Positions 1 to 11,761 of a stretch of 64,000 bases of DNA are shown here, one piece after another (positions within the stretch are counted from its first letter, which is position 1; each line of letters begins with the position of its first letter). Below the pieces are notes generated by a model. The model saw only the letters and a program-made list of their open reading frames with translations. It had not been told where the DNA came from and made no database searches. A program made the translations under genes and the position numbers. Source of the DNA: Octopus bimaculoides (lineage: Eukaryota); contig NC_068981.1 of the NCBI RefSeq assembly GCF_001194135.2, positions 59,868,172-59,932,171 of the forward strand, written 5' to 3'.

Positions 1-1657
1 GAATTGAATGATTTATGTTAATAGTATAATTACTTTTAGTTACTGGAATTCTTAATACTCTAAACTTCACAATATCAGCTACTAATTATGCATTTCAATT
101 CTAGCTTAAGGCGTTTCTTGTACAAGGCTACCCATCATGAAACTGTTCGAAAAATTTCTTCGTTATCCTATTGAATTTACATTCAATAGGAAAAGATTAG
201 TTAAATGTTTTACCGTTGCTTAGGAACACATAGTCAAATTTTGAGAAAATATGGATTGATCTCCGATATGCAGCAGGGCCTGGAATTGTAAGGACTGTTA
301 AATTTAATTCAAGGTTAGTTTAGGTCACTGTTTAGATGTTTTGGGGCTTAGTTGTTAATCGCTATTGCGTAGAGCGTCACTTCCGCTGGGTAGTTCTCGT
401 TTCACAATAGTGGACAACATCACTATTGTTGGGCAGCTGAGATTGACTTCCGTCATTTGACATATGACAGTCTTTTGGTCTTTTGGCAGCAAGGGATTAA
501 GAACTAATTATGGCCTCTGCTAATTTCTCTGGGTTTTGTTATATGTAAAATAATTTTTTTAGGATATATTTATGTTAGTAGTTTTCAATGTTTATAGATC
601 TTTGGTGTATATCTTGACTTAAACTCCATATGCCTATTCTATAAATTAAATGTAGTTTGAGTTGTTTTCATGTAACATACAAATTGACTGTTTCATTAAT
701 AATGGATTATTTAATCGCTTTGTAGGTTGGACATGTTATTAGTTATTTGTTTTAGTTAGGTAGTTCATTCCCTATCTTTATTGCTTTATCATGTGATTTT
801 ATTCACATGTAATTTTTAATATAATTTAATTCTAATTATACTTTATTTATTCATGTTATTTCTATTTTCTTTCAATAAGTTATTCAGTAATTTTATTCTC
901 TCGTGTTGAACATAATTTATAGACATTTATCTATGGCTGTTTTCTTGTACATTATTCGAGGACATTGGTTAAGAGTTATACTATTCCACTAGTTTTTATT
1001 AGGTTTGTCTTTTGGCTTGGTATCATGTATGCGATGTGATGTAGATTGATAAACAACGTCCCTAGCAGTCCCTGTTCGTTCTGTGGTTCACACGTTCTAA
1101 GTTCTTGGTTTGACGTTTCTTGTGTTGGTGTTATCACATGAAGTATCGAAGGCTGAATAATAGGTACTGGTATGTAACTATACGTCATTACTAATTACTA
1201 CTTCGATATTGTTACTTGTAGTAACGAACAGGTGCTGATGTCATGGACATACTATGCTAACATTTCACTCCAGCTAATTACTGCTGATTCCCAGGCAACG
1301 TTATGTTTTTAACGCGGTTGAATGGTACTGTTCAAGTGTCAAAACTATAGCAATATCTGTTTGGCAGCTGATGATAAAGATACATATATTTTATGCATGT
1401 TTGTGATTTTTTATATCTTAGTCTCGTTATTTTGAGTTGCCGTTCATTATAGTAAAGTGCAGTGTTTGTGGATTCATGGTGTATGAAGATTACATATATT
1501 GATATTGCTTGTTTTCTGTCATAGATAATCTTATTATGCTTTCATAACGCCTAGATATTGCCGTCTCGTTTTGAAGAGTTTCTTTAGCATAAATTACACC
1601 TGATATTCTTAAAGTCAACTGGACCGATTATACCAGAAGTTCGACTGTCTCTGTCTG

Positions 1658-1721
<64 letters not shown>

Positions 1722-1863
1722 TTCTCTCTCTCGTTCTCTCTCCCTCGCTTTCTTCCAGAGAGATGTATACACTTGATGATAATATTTAACTGTGGAAATG
1801 GCTGTAGAACATATATAATTTTGAAATAAAAGTGCATTTTTACTTTTTATTAATCTATATATA

Positions 1864-2854
1864 TGTAGTGAAACCATCTCTCCCACTGTTATATATAAAC
1901 AAATGCGAGCGTAGCAGAGAACATCTCTTTCCCTGTCATCACCTGACTGACTTTTATTTACGCGGCAATTGTCTCCACTCCATTTGCCGCCAGGACGCAA
2001 ATCGACCAACCGTAGCCCCTAATAAGGTCACGTGAGAGAATGTTTTTTCTGATGCTTCTCTAGAGCCTATCTGTATCTATAAATAGCCTAAATTATCCTC
2101 GCCAATTCGTCGCGGCTCAGATCTTCTAAGATCTGATCGTTTGACCACACACGCGTAACACAGCACCAACCAACCAGCCAGTTCCAGCGACGACATCAAC
2201 AGCCTCGTTCAACTACGACTACCAGCACCGTCGCCAGCGTCAACATGACTTCTACACGTACACAAGCTACCAACAGGTACCAAACAGCCACCGCAGCTTC
2301 TCAACCCTATTTGTGTGAATCGCCTCACCATGAAATTAACAGCCAGAATTCAGCCTGCGAAGAACATCTGTATTCAAGAATCCGGCCCGGCATAGAAGCC
2401 CCAACATCACGACGAGTGACCGCTCTGCCTTAACCTTAACCTCTTATATACAGACACTTACTACTGTGTACCCTAACTAAGAACTGGTATCTTATATTAT
2501 TATCCGTGTTACTGACTCTTATCTATACTCTGTAACTCTTACATACACATACATACATTTGTATAGACACTCTTTTGTTTACATGACGGCCAGTCTTATA
2601 TTGTATTTTATTATGTCGCATTCACACGCACACAGACATACAGTTTAATGCTACAATAAATCTTACTGTTATTCATCTTCATCGGTTGCGTTTCTATCTT
2701 GTCCTTCCTGGCAAATTTCTTAGTTCTCTATGTTATAGAATTATAACATATTTATCATTTTATATTTTGTGTCGACCGTGTGACACGTTTAAAAAAGGAG
2801 CCTGTTTTCCATTCGTCACCATTTCTCCTATTGGTTCGCACGGTCGTTCTTACA
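1864..2854 (+). mobile_element. Solo LTR (probably Gypsy-type)
   Basis: Begins TGTAG and ends TTACA (TGTA...TACA inverted termini). TATAAAT at 2078 and AATAAA at 2655. No internal coding region. Flanks are tata/taca, an imperfect TSD within TA-rich microsatellites. Confidence 0.65.
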
Positions 2855-2865
2855 TACATACATAC

Positions 2866-2944
<79 letters not shown>

Positions 2945-2997
2945 NNNNNNNNNNTGTGTGTGTGTGTGTGTGTGTGCGTGTGTGTATATGTATACTC
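2855..2997. repeat. (TACA)n-(TA)n-(TG)n microsatellite with 10-N gap
   Basis: Read directly from the sequence. Confidence 0.95.
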
Positions 2998-3879
2998 ACA
3001 GACACATACATATATACCAAACCCACGATATCCGAATCACCTACGCGATCATCATTTCTATGTTTTCTATCACCAACTTTGTTGTAACATACTTCGTTAT
3101 GTACAATATATAAAATTACCAGACAACAGTAAACACAATGCAATGAACTAAATCTCTTTACGAACCAACAATCAATTTACTTTGTGAACTAACCAACCGA
3201 CACCTTCCGACTTCACTTCGAACTAACACGAACTTCACTCCACTCCGAACTCTGAACTTACTCGGATCGTTACTATTTATAGTTTACTCGGACCAGTCTA
3301 TCTCTCGGAACTATCGCTCGTAACTCCCATCACAACCTCCCCTCTTTTGAGATATCGAGTGTGAGAAAGTGGAATTTCTTTTATTTTTCTGTTTTTCATT
3401 CCAGCATCTCTCCCTCTGTTTTTTTTTTTTTTTAGCTGTTGTATCTTAATAGTTGCTCGACTTTTAAGATAGAATTGTTTGTTGCACACAGCACTTTTTC
3501 TTTTCACTCTTGTTTTTTGTTCCCTGCTTTGAAAATTTAATATCTTTTTTGTTTCGGTATTACTCCCAGAGAGTCTGTTTTCGTTTTTTGAAGCTAGTTC
3601 TACGGGGTTCAATATCTCTCGGTGCTGGCACTTCAAACGTTTAATAGAAAACTTCCATTAGTATTACTCTTCGTTCTTCTGTGTGTATTATCTTTAACTG
3701 GTTAAGGTGTCTCTTCTGTTCCGAACGTTGTCCTTTAATTAAATACATTATGTTACCTAATCTTTTGATTACACAGTCATCCTCCCTACCTTCTTTAACG
3801 TTCTCGTAATTTTTGAAATGAACTTTATCTCCTACTTTGAAATATTCTGTAATATTGTATTTTCTTCAAATGTATTTTT

Positions 3880-4366
3880 TTATCTTTCTTTCATATGTCT
3901 TTTTCCTGGCAATAATTTATCGAACATCGATTTTATTTTACGAGCAAACATTAACTATACTGGTGACTTTCCTGAATTATTATTTGGATTCGGCGTTATT
4001 CTATATACTCTCAAAAATTTCGGTAGTGCCTCATCATTATCTAGCTCGTTCCTCGATTTTCTTAGAGCTCTTCCGCCTACCCATTTGACCTCGGGTGGTA
4101 GGGCTGGGTAAAGATGTGCTTTATGGCATGTATTTTGCAGAAATTTCTTTATTCGTATCCCATGAAATGTGTTCTATCATCTGAAACTAACATGTCTGGA
4201 ACACCGTATGGAGGAAATAACTCGAGTATGAACTTTAATATTGTTTTTGTTGTGGGTTTATTACATCTGGTCACTTGGTGTAGCTATCCACAACGATTAG
4301 ATACTATGCGCCGTTCACTGGCCCAGCGTGGTCGATATGTATTCTAGCCCGTGGGCGCTCAGTCTC
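3880..4366 (-). pseudogene. Gypsy integrase core (rve) remnant
   Basis: Translates to RIHIDHAGP..YLIVVDSYTK..YGVPDMLVSD..PYHPRSNG..FLRVYRITP..GKSP..MFARKIKSMFDKLLP, with stops and frameshifts. Confidence 0.9.
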
Positions 4367-5302
4367 CGTGCATAGATCTAGTTTGTCCGAGAGTACTTGC
4401 GGAAACATTAAAACGTTTTTTTTTCTCTTTAACTCTTGACACTAATTATTTTTAGAGGGACATATATTTATGTTTTTAGAATAGAGATTTATGAGGAGAT
4501 CCCATAAATCTATTAATTCTAACCAATCAGTACTCAACAGATCAGTTGCATTTTTAACGACGAAGACTTTTGTCTTGCATGTTTTCCCTCGAGAAAATGA
4601 TATTTGTCCACATTTCGCATATGAAATATCACTTCCAGTATCCAATTCAGGTTTAATATGTATTCCATTTATTTTTATGTTACGAATTTTCTTCTTTGGG
4701 AGTTGATTATTGTTTCTGCTGAGAGTACTCTGGGATTTTTAACATTTGACATTCGTAATTTTGTTCTCATATAATCAACACTTTTGCAACTGTAATATAT
4801 ATATATATATTTTAAATGGACAGTCTTTTTTGAAGTGTATGATAGAGAAGTTTTATCACCGAATATGTTAGACAGTAATTCTATTATTTCTTTAAAATAA
4901 ATTTCATTGGGTTTTTGGACAATATGAAATTACAGTAACGTTCATGCTTTAACGGAGTTAATTTTCGCAATAACAATCTCACTTTGTGTTCCTCCAACCA
5001 TGATTTGCAATCTTGTACCTTGTACCTTGTACCTTCTGTAGTCTGATGCAAAAGTTATACCATCCTCTGGGTTATAACTGAATTCATTAATCGAGTTCGA
5101 AATGCTTCAGTTTTGGACTTCTTTGAATATAGTTCCAATAATTGTTGTTGTTGTAGTTGTTTCTGTAATAGTTGCTTCTGCAATTCCTGTTGCTGCCGCT
5201 TGTTGTTGCTTTTGCAACTGTGCTATGGAAGCTAATAGGTCTTCCATTATTTAACAAGTTGCACCACGAACAAATTGTTAAATAATTAACGTGATCTTCG
5301 AA

Positions 5303-5315
5303 ATCCTCGCCGCCA
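5303..5315 (-). promoter_or_regulatory. Primer-binding site, tRNA-Ser(GCU) type
   Basis: TGGCGGCGAGGAT lies 2 nt inside the 5' LTR. It differs by one base from the complement of the metazoan tRNA-Ser(GCU) 3' end (TGGCGACGAGGAT). Confidence 0.75.
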
Positions 5316-6528
5316 GATGTTGTAACGTAATTTGTTACGAACAGTAAATAACCAGATAACAGTAAAAACAATGTAATGAAGTAACAAATCACTTCACGAA
5401 ACAAGAGTCAATATTCCTTGTGACTTAACCTACCGACACCTTACGACTTCACTGCAAACTAACACGAACTTCACTCGACTCCGAGCTCTATCTCTCGCAA
5501 TGGGGCGTCGTAAGTCTCATCACAAGAAACATCATCAGGATCTGCACCGTATTCATTTTCAATACAATCGCTCCAGCCACCACCCACCCTACTACCTTCA
5601 TCCAATGACATTGTCCTAGCACCATCATCAATCATCATTCAACAATCATCACCATTATCTCCATTCTTCTGTATATCGACCTCCATCAGTATCAGCACAA
5701 ACACCATTATTCTTCATTGCATTCAAAATATTAAAACTACTTAAACTCTACCCATTTTACTATCTATCACTGACAAAACTTCAGCACCACCTCCACAACA
5801 ACAAACCCCAACTAACCCCCGGCCACCACCACCACCAGCACTATCCTCATAACCAACAACTCCATCACTAGCCTCCATTTCCACCCGGCTACTAGCCACC
5901 AATCACCGCTGTCCGCGCTATTGTGACACCATTCAGCACGACCGCCATCAACAAGTTCACAGGCATTATAAACTTCCTCCTCCTCCTCCTCCTCCTCCTC
6001 CTNNNNNNNNNNNNNNNNNNNNNNNNNNNNNNNNNNNNNNNNNNNNNNNNNNNNNNNNNNNNNNNNNNNNNNNNNNNNNNNNNNNNNNNNNNNNNNNNNN
6101 NNNNNNNNNNNNNNNNNNNNNNNNNNNNNNNNNNNNNNNNNNNNNNNNNNNNNNNNNNNNNNNNNNNNNNNNNNNNNNNNNNNNNNNNNNNNNNNNNNNN
6201 NNNNNNNNNNNNNNNNNNNNNNNNNNNNNNNNNNNNNNNNNNNNNNNNNNNNNNNNNNNNNNNNNNNNNNNNNNNNNNNNNNNNNNNNNNNNNNNNNNNN
6301 NNNNNNNNNNNNNNNNNNNNNNNNNNNNNNNNNNNNNNNNNNNNNNNNNNNNNNNNNNNNNNNNNNNNNNNNNNNNNNNNNNNNNNNNNNNNNNNNNNNN
6401 NNNNNNNNNNNNNNNNNNNNNNNNNNNNNNNNNNNNNNNNNNNNNNNNNNNNNNNNNNNNNNNNNNNNNNNNNNNNNNNNNNNNNNNNNNNNNNNNNNNN
6501 NNNNNNNNNNNNNNNNNNNNNNNNNNNN

Positions 6529-6562
<34 letters not shown>

Positions 6563-8842
6563 GATATATGTACGTATATACAAAACTATAAAATGCATAC
6601 ATATGATTTATTTAAATCTACAATCTTGTTGGATTCAGTCTGACTTAATACTATGTCATTATATATTAATGCAACGCTAAGTAGGAGCACTTCTTTTAAG
6701 TGGTAGGCACTTTACAGATAAAGTTAAGCACGCAACTATACTTGGCTTATATATATAAACAGTTTAGCTATGTCACGCTATAGAACATAAATGTATGTAT
6801 AAACGACAACTCAGAAAAAATATTTTCAGTACATGTGACTCAAATTACTAAAATTACTAAAATTAATAAAAAAATACATTTCCAATTTCATTATCTGTAC
6901 TCTCCACGATTACCTTAGTTCCGATACATTATGAGTTTTGAGTAGTAGTTTCCAATGAAACTTGATTTTGTACTCGATATGCTCAAGGTACACCAACACT
7001 CACAGCCTGTGTATATAGTTGTTGCTATTTATCCTTTAGACACCCGAATTGATCAGGCTATCTGCTCATCTTTATTTATTTTTGTTTTTATCCTTATTTT
7101 GTGTATCCAAAAATCCCTTGTTTTGTCATGACAACGGGTATGCTCTTCAGAGAATTCGTTTGCTATTTCTATCAAGCTACGTTGCAAAATTTATAGCTGA
7201 AATAACTGATGCAATTCAGCCCTACTTGGTTGGCAATTTTATTTTGATACTGGCGTGTTTCTGAGAAAACAGTAAAGCTATCGACGCGACTGCATGGTTG
7301 ATGCAGTAGTCTTTTTTTCACGAAAACGCATGTGCAATAAATCAATAACGTCTAAGAGCGTACACTTACTATATAGCTGTAAATTTTATACATACATACA
7401 TGCATACATACATACATAAACATATATACAAGCGCACATACATGTATACACACACATATATATATTGTACCTTGTGTGTTGACAAATAGAAGTACGACTG
7501 CAACTGTTAAGTTTAGATATCCAAGTAGTATATCATAGTCCACTCTCCTTCTAGCATAGTAGTAATGTAACACTTACACTAAGTAGTATCACAAGATATG
7601 AAATACAAAGCAAAGGTAAGAGAAATTAACATAAACGCAATTTAAAGATAAAATATTCAAAGGAGCTATTAATATAAACTTGTGCTTAAATTAACATCAA
7701 AGTTCAGAGATGCTCAAGTTTAAGTATATATCGAAGCAAAAGTTATTGACAGAGAGTGGGTAACTACGTAAGCGAAGCCCTATAGGAAAACTGTGGCATC
7801 TGTGATGTGCTTACTGGCAAATGTGACGTTTATGTGTCTGAGTCTAAGATACTTAAGTGTGAAATTGTCCTGTCTGTCTAGAGGTAAACAGATACCAGAG
7901 AATAGAAGTTACTAGCCGTGCATTGCTGTCAGTACGTACAATTAATGAGCTCTTTGACTGTTTTGGGAGATATTTCACTCTGCAAAAAAAAAAAAATAAT
8001 AATAATAATAGTAATAATAATAATAAACCAACTGCAATTAACTCACATTATAAATACACTCGGAAATACAGAAGTGCTTACCAGTTCGGCTGTTTCTAAA
8101 AGCCGGAGGTAGAAAAAAAGCCTCATTACATTATCCACACTACATTATGAAAACCAAGTTAGCTTCTGGTGTGGCTCCAAGTGATTAGATATATTTCTAG
8201 TTTCTGAACCGAATAAATTCGAATGATCTTTGACAACATAAGTGATGTTAATTTCTTATTTGCATGCATTTAATATAATATGTGTAAATACGACATCGTT
8301 TTCTACAACGTAGCTGCAGTTGAAAGTTACTTATTTGCTCGTATGTATTGTGCACATATTTTCCCCATTTCTTTTCTACAATAGTAATATTTTTAGATTT
8401 GTTATAAACTAACAATAGTAATTGATTACTGAGTTCTACAACGGTTTTGGATAACACTGTTTACTGTCAAAGATTAATTGTTAAATTTCTGAAACATCTA
8501 ATTGTATCATTTGATCAATTTTATTCCTCTTTATTTCAAAATATTAGGTAACCAGTCAACATCACGTTCTGCAAATAATTTTTTTGTTTGTATTTACATG
8601 TCGTTGGACGGTAGTATGGATTCAAAGATTTTCTAAAGATTATAAAGTATCATGTGTAGAGAAAAATGCCATAGTGGCTTTGGTGTGGATTACTATAGAT
8701 ATTTTTTTCAAAATTCCAATAGTTTCCCTGGCTTTATTACTTTCTTTATTATGCAGAATTTAAAGATAAATGTGTAAACATATTTACCCTTCACTTAATA
8801 TGAAATTAATTTTACTGCTTTCTTGTCTTTTTCATATTTTAG

Positions 8843-8871
8843 CAGAAGAAATTAACTATCAGTTGAAGATG
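8843..8871 (+). CDS. Candidate micro-exon (xEEINYQLKM) of an unknown gene
   Basis: Polypyrimidine tract ending ttttag, a 29-nt open frame, then a GTGAGG donor. No homology recognised. Confidence 0.2.
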
Positions 8872-9124
8872 GTGAGGTCTGCATAGAATTAAGCCAGTTG
8901 TGTATTGTAATTTGAAACTCTCTAGTTTGAAGCAAAAGTTCTACTGCCCCTCGATAATAATTAATAAGATGGGGAGAATTCAGTGTAGTTAACAAGATTT
9001 TAAAACAGCTGTACCTAGATATATACTGCGAAATATCTTACCTAAGGGATTTTTACTTGTTGTTCATAATATCCAGAATAAACTGGTTACTTTATCTTCG
9101 CCGATGTCTAGAATCTTCAAATAT

Positions 9125-9268
9125 TTGCTCAAATTTGGGGGAGGGGACAATTTGATTACATCGACCGCAGTGTTCAACTGGTACTTATTTTATCGACCCC
9201 GAAAGGATGAAAGGCAATGTTGACCTCAGCGGAATTTAAATTCAGAACGCAGCGATAGACGAAATAAT
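9125..9268 (-). mobile_element. tRNA-derived SINE, Meta-domain type (partial)
   Basis: Contains the core ctggtacttattttatcgaccccgaaaggatgaaaggc and box B; the head is truncated. Confidence 0.85.
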
Positions 9269-9290
9269 GATAAAAATAATAATAATAATA

Positions 9291-9502
9291 TTTTCTACTC
9301 TAGGCACGAGGCCCGAATTTTGGGGGGAAGGAGGCCAGTCGATTAGATCAACCCTAGTATGCAACTGGTACTTAATTTATCGACCATGAAAGGCTGAAAG
9401 GCAAAGTCGACTTCGGCGGAATTTGAACTCAGAACGCAGTGACGAGCGAAATACCACCAAGCATTTTGCCCGGCATACTTACGATTCTGCCAGCTCGCTG
9501 TC
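9291..9502 (-). mobile_element. tRNA-derived SINE, Meta-domain type (full length)
   Basis: Minus strand shows box A (TGGCAGAATCG), box B (GAGTTCAAATTCC), the same core and an (ATT)n tail. Confidence 0.9.
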
Positions 9503-9513
9503 TTAACAGTAAT

Positions 9514-9720
9514 CTTTTCTACTACAAGCACAAAACCTGAAATTTTAAAGGATAGGGCAAATCGATTACATGAACCCCAGTGTTCAACTGGTACTTATTT
9601 TATTGGCCCTGAAAGAATGAAAGGTAAAGTCGACCTTAGTGGAATTTGAACTCAGAATGTAACGCCGGACGTAATAATAAGCCTTTTGTCCGGTGCGGTA
9701 ACGACTCTGCCTGTTCACTG
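9514..9720 (-). mobile_element. tRNA-derived SINE, Meta-domain type
   Basis: Homologous to 9291-9502 over its length. Confidence 0.88.
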
Positions 9721-9721
9721 C

Positions 9722-9757
<36 letters not shown>

Positions 9758-9758
9758 C

Positions 9759-9960
9759 GTTTCTACTCTAAGCACAAGCCCCGAAATTTTTTCGGGTGGG
9801 GCCAGTCGATTAGATCGACGCCAGTACGCAAATGGTACTTAATTTATCGACCCCGAATGGATGAAAGATATAGTCAACTTCGGTGGAATTTGAACTCAGA
9901 ACGTAAAGACAGACCAAACACCGCTAAACATTTCGCCCTGCGTGCTAAAGTTTCTGCCAC
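9759..9960 (-). mobile_element. tRNA-derived SINE, Meta-domain type
   Basis: Homologous to 9291-9502, with an (ATT)n tail at 9722-9757. Confidence 0.9.
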
Positions 9961-10252
9961 GGAAACTAATAGAATTTTGAAAAGAAAAATACACGTCATT
10001 GATTGGTTGAAATTACCGAAATACGACAAATTTAACACGAAATGACTTCGAACATAGAAACTTTTCTCAACAACGCTAAGAGAAAAAGATGTTCTATATG
10101 ATACATTCTACCAGTATCCGAAGTTTCAAAGTGTTTAGTTAAAGAAAATTAATTAATTAAGCTGCTCATGAAAAGGAAAAGACTCAACGACATGCAAATA
10201 CAAACAAAAAAAATTATTTGCAGGACGTGATGTTGACTAGATAATAATAATG

Positions 10253-10380
10253 GTTTCAAATTTTCCCACAACGGCAGCAACATTTTGGTGTGAATAGCTG
10301 ATTATATCGATCCCAGGGTTTCACTGGTACTTAATTTATCGACCCCGAAAGGATGAAGGGCATAGTCGTCCTCGGCAGAA
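10253..10380 (-). mobile_element. tRNA-derived SINE, Meta-domain type (partial)
   Basis: Contains the core ctggtacttaatttatcgaccccgaaaggatgaa and is flanked by (AAT)n. Confidence 0.8.
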
Positions 10381-10387
10381 AAAAATG

Positions 10388-10421
<34 letters not shown>

Positions 10422-10749
10422 TGATGATGATAAATGCCCTGATGCAGTACCATGGCTTCTGATCTTAATTGCTTGGAAGTGTTATCATGTACTTGTTTAG
10501 TTTTGGTATAAAAGGTGGGTACAGCAAATATTCTGCTCAAACACAAATTTGGTTGTCAGTTGTTTGACCATAACACATTGAGAATATCCCGTGCTGGCTG
10601 AAGATATGTGCATCTCTGATTACGATCAGAAGTTGTAGAGGAGCATCATAATCATGTATTGAGACAAATTCTTTGGGATTTGAATAATTTATATCTGGAA
10701 ATATTGGTGTTTCGTACATCATCATTAAATAACCCTTATTCAAGAAGCT

Positions 10750-10963
10750 TTTGAGCGGGATGGCCTACTCAGCATGAAGGAAATTCCAACAGGGCCCCTC
10801 CTGCAAGGTCATGCACTGTTTATCTTGATATGAGATGACCATGTCGCGCACACATGGTCGTGATGAATGTGCCTGGTGTACTCTTATCAGACGGGTAGTT
10901 ATGATGGGCTTCGTATATTTTTCCCCAGTGTCACTTTGATGGCTTGCACTGCACTCTTACCAA

Positions 10964-10965
<2 letters not shown>
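10750..10965 (+). repeat. Unclassified retroposon 3' fragment with (AAT)n tail
   Basis: GC-richer block ending directly in (AAT)n at 10964-11046. It resembles a common octopus repeat from recollection only. Confidence 0.4.
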
Positions 10966-11003
<38 letters not shown>

Positions 11004-11008
11004 GTAAT

Positions 11009-11047
<39 letters not shown>

Positions 11048-11048
11048 C

Positions 11049-11258
11049 CTTTCTATTAAAGGCACAAGACCTGAAATATTTGTGGTGTGGACTACCCGAT
11101 TGCATTTACTCCAATGTCTCACTGGTACTTAATTTATCGGCTCCAAATGGATGTAAGGCAAAGTCAACCACGGTGGAATTTGAACTTAAAATGTAAAGAC
11201 GGATGTAATGCAGCTAAGCATTTGTCCGGTGCGCTAACGATTCTGCCAGTTCACTACC
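11049..11258 (-). mobile_element. tRNA-derived SINE, Meta-domain type
   Basis: Homologous to 9291-9502 and embedded between two long (AAT)n tracts. Confidence 0.88.
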
Positions 11259-11390
<132 letters not shown>

Positions 11391-11680
11391 GAGATAACTC
11401 GAATGTGGAATCTAAAAACAGAAACAATTCCTATCATAGTAGGTGCCTTAGGTATAATAAAAAAATATTCAGACAAATACATAACAAAAATACCAGGACT
11501 TACAAATATATATAACATACAGAAAATTGCACTACTGGGTACTGCACACATTCTACGCAAAACACTTTCAATACAGTAAACATAAGAGCACCACAGCAAA
11601 CCACAGCACATACCCAAGGGGCACAGAGCTGCGCTCGGTAGTGAAGTGAAAGCACGTTATAAAAATAAAACTACTGAACA
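11391..11680 (+). mobile_element. 5'-truncated R4/Dong LINE (end of the RLE domain plus 3' UTR)
   Basis: Open frame EITRMWNLKTETIPIIVGALGIIKK...IQKIALLGTAHILRKTLSIQ*, then a UTR and (AAT)n tail. Both flanks are (TAA)n. Confidence 0.88.
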
Positions 11681-11730
11681 ATAATAATAATAATAAGAAG
11701 AATAATAAGAATAATAGCAATAATAATAAT

Positions 11731-11761
<31 letters not shown>

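Larger units (their letters stand above)
3080..5524 (-). mobile_element. Gypsy LTR retrotransposon, internally deleted (gag-protease-integrase; RT and RNase H missing)
   Basis: Two related LTRs at 5318-5524 and 3080-3334 (TGTGA...CAACA on minus). PBS TGGCGGCGAGGAT at 5303-5315; PPT AAAAGAGGGGAGGT at 3335-3348. Decayed gag (MEDLLASIAQLQKQQQ...SNSINEFSYNPEDG...KVRLLLRKL), protease (INGIHIKPELDTGSDIS) and integrase (RIHIDHAGP, YGVPDMLVSD, PYHPRSNG, GKSP). Confidence 0.92.

Noticed and set aside
1-1250. Strand-biased region, possibly a decayed PLE or LINE on minus
   Set aside because: No diagnostic motif could be read in any frame.
5892-6602. Long ORFs spanning N gaps (also 36773, 41522, 43978, 44622, 54910 and 58684)
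   Set aside because: Their length comes from X codons and flanking microsatellites.
7787-7883. EGF-like reading ENCGICDVLTGKC
   Set aside because: The acceptor is weak, that frame stops before the only good donor, and the cysteine pattern is incomplete.
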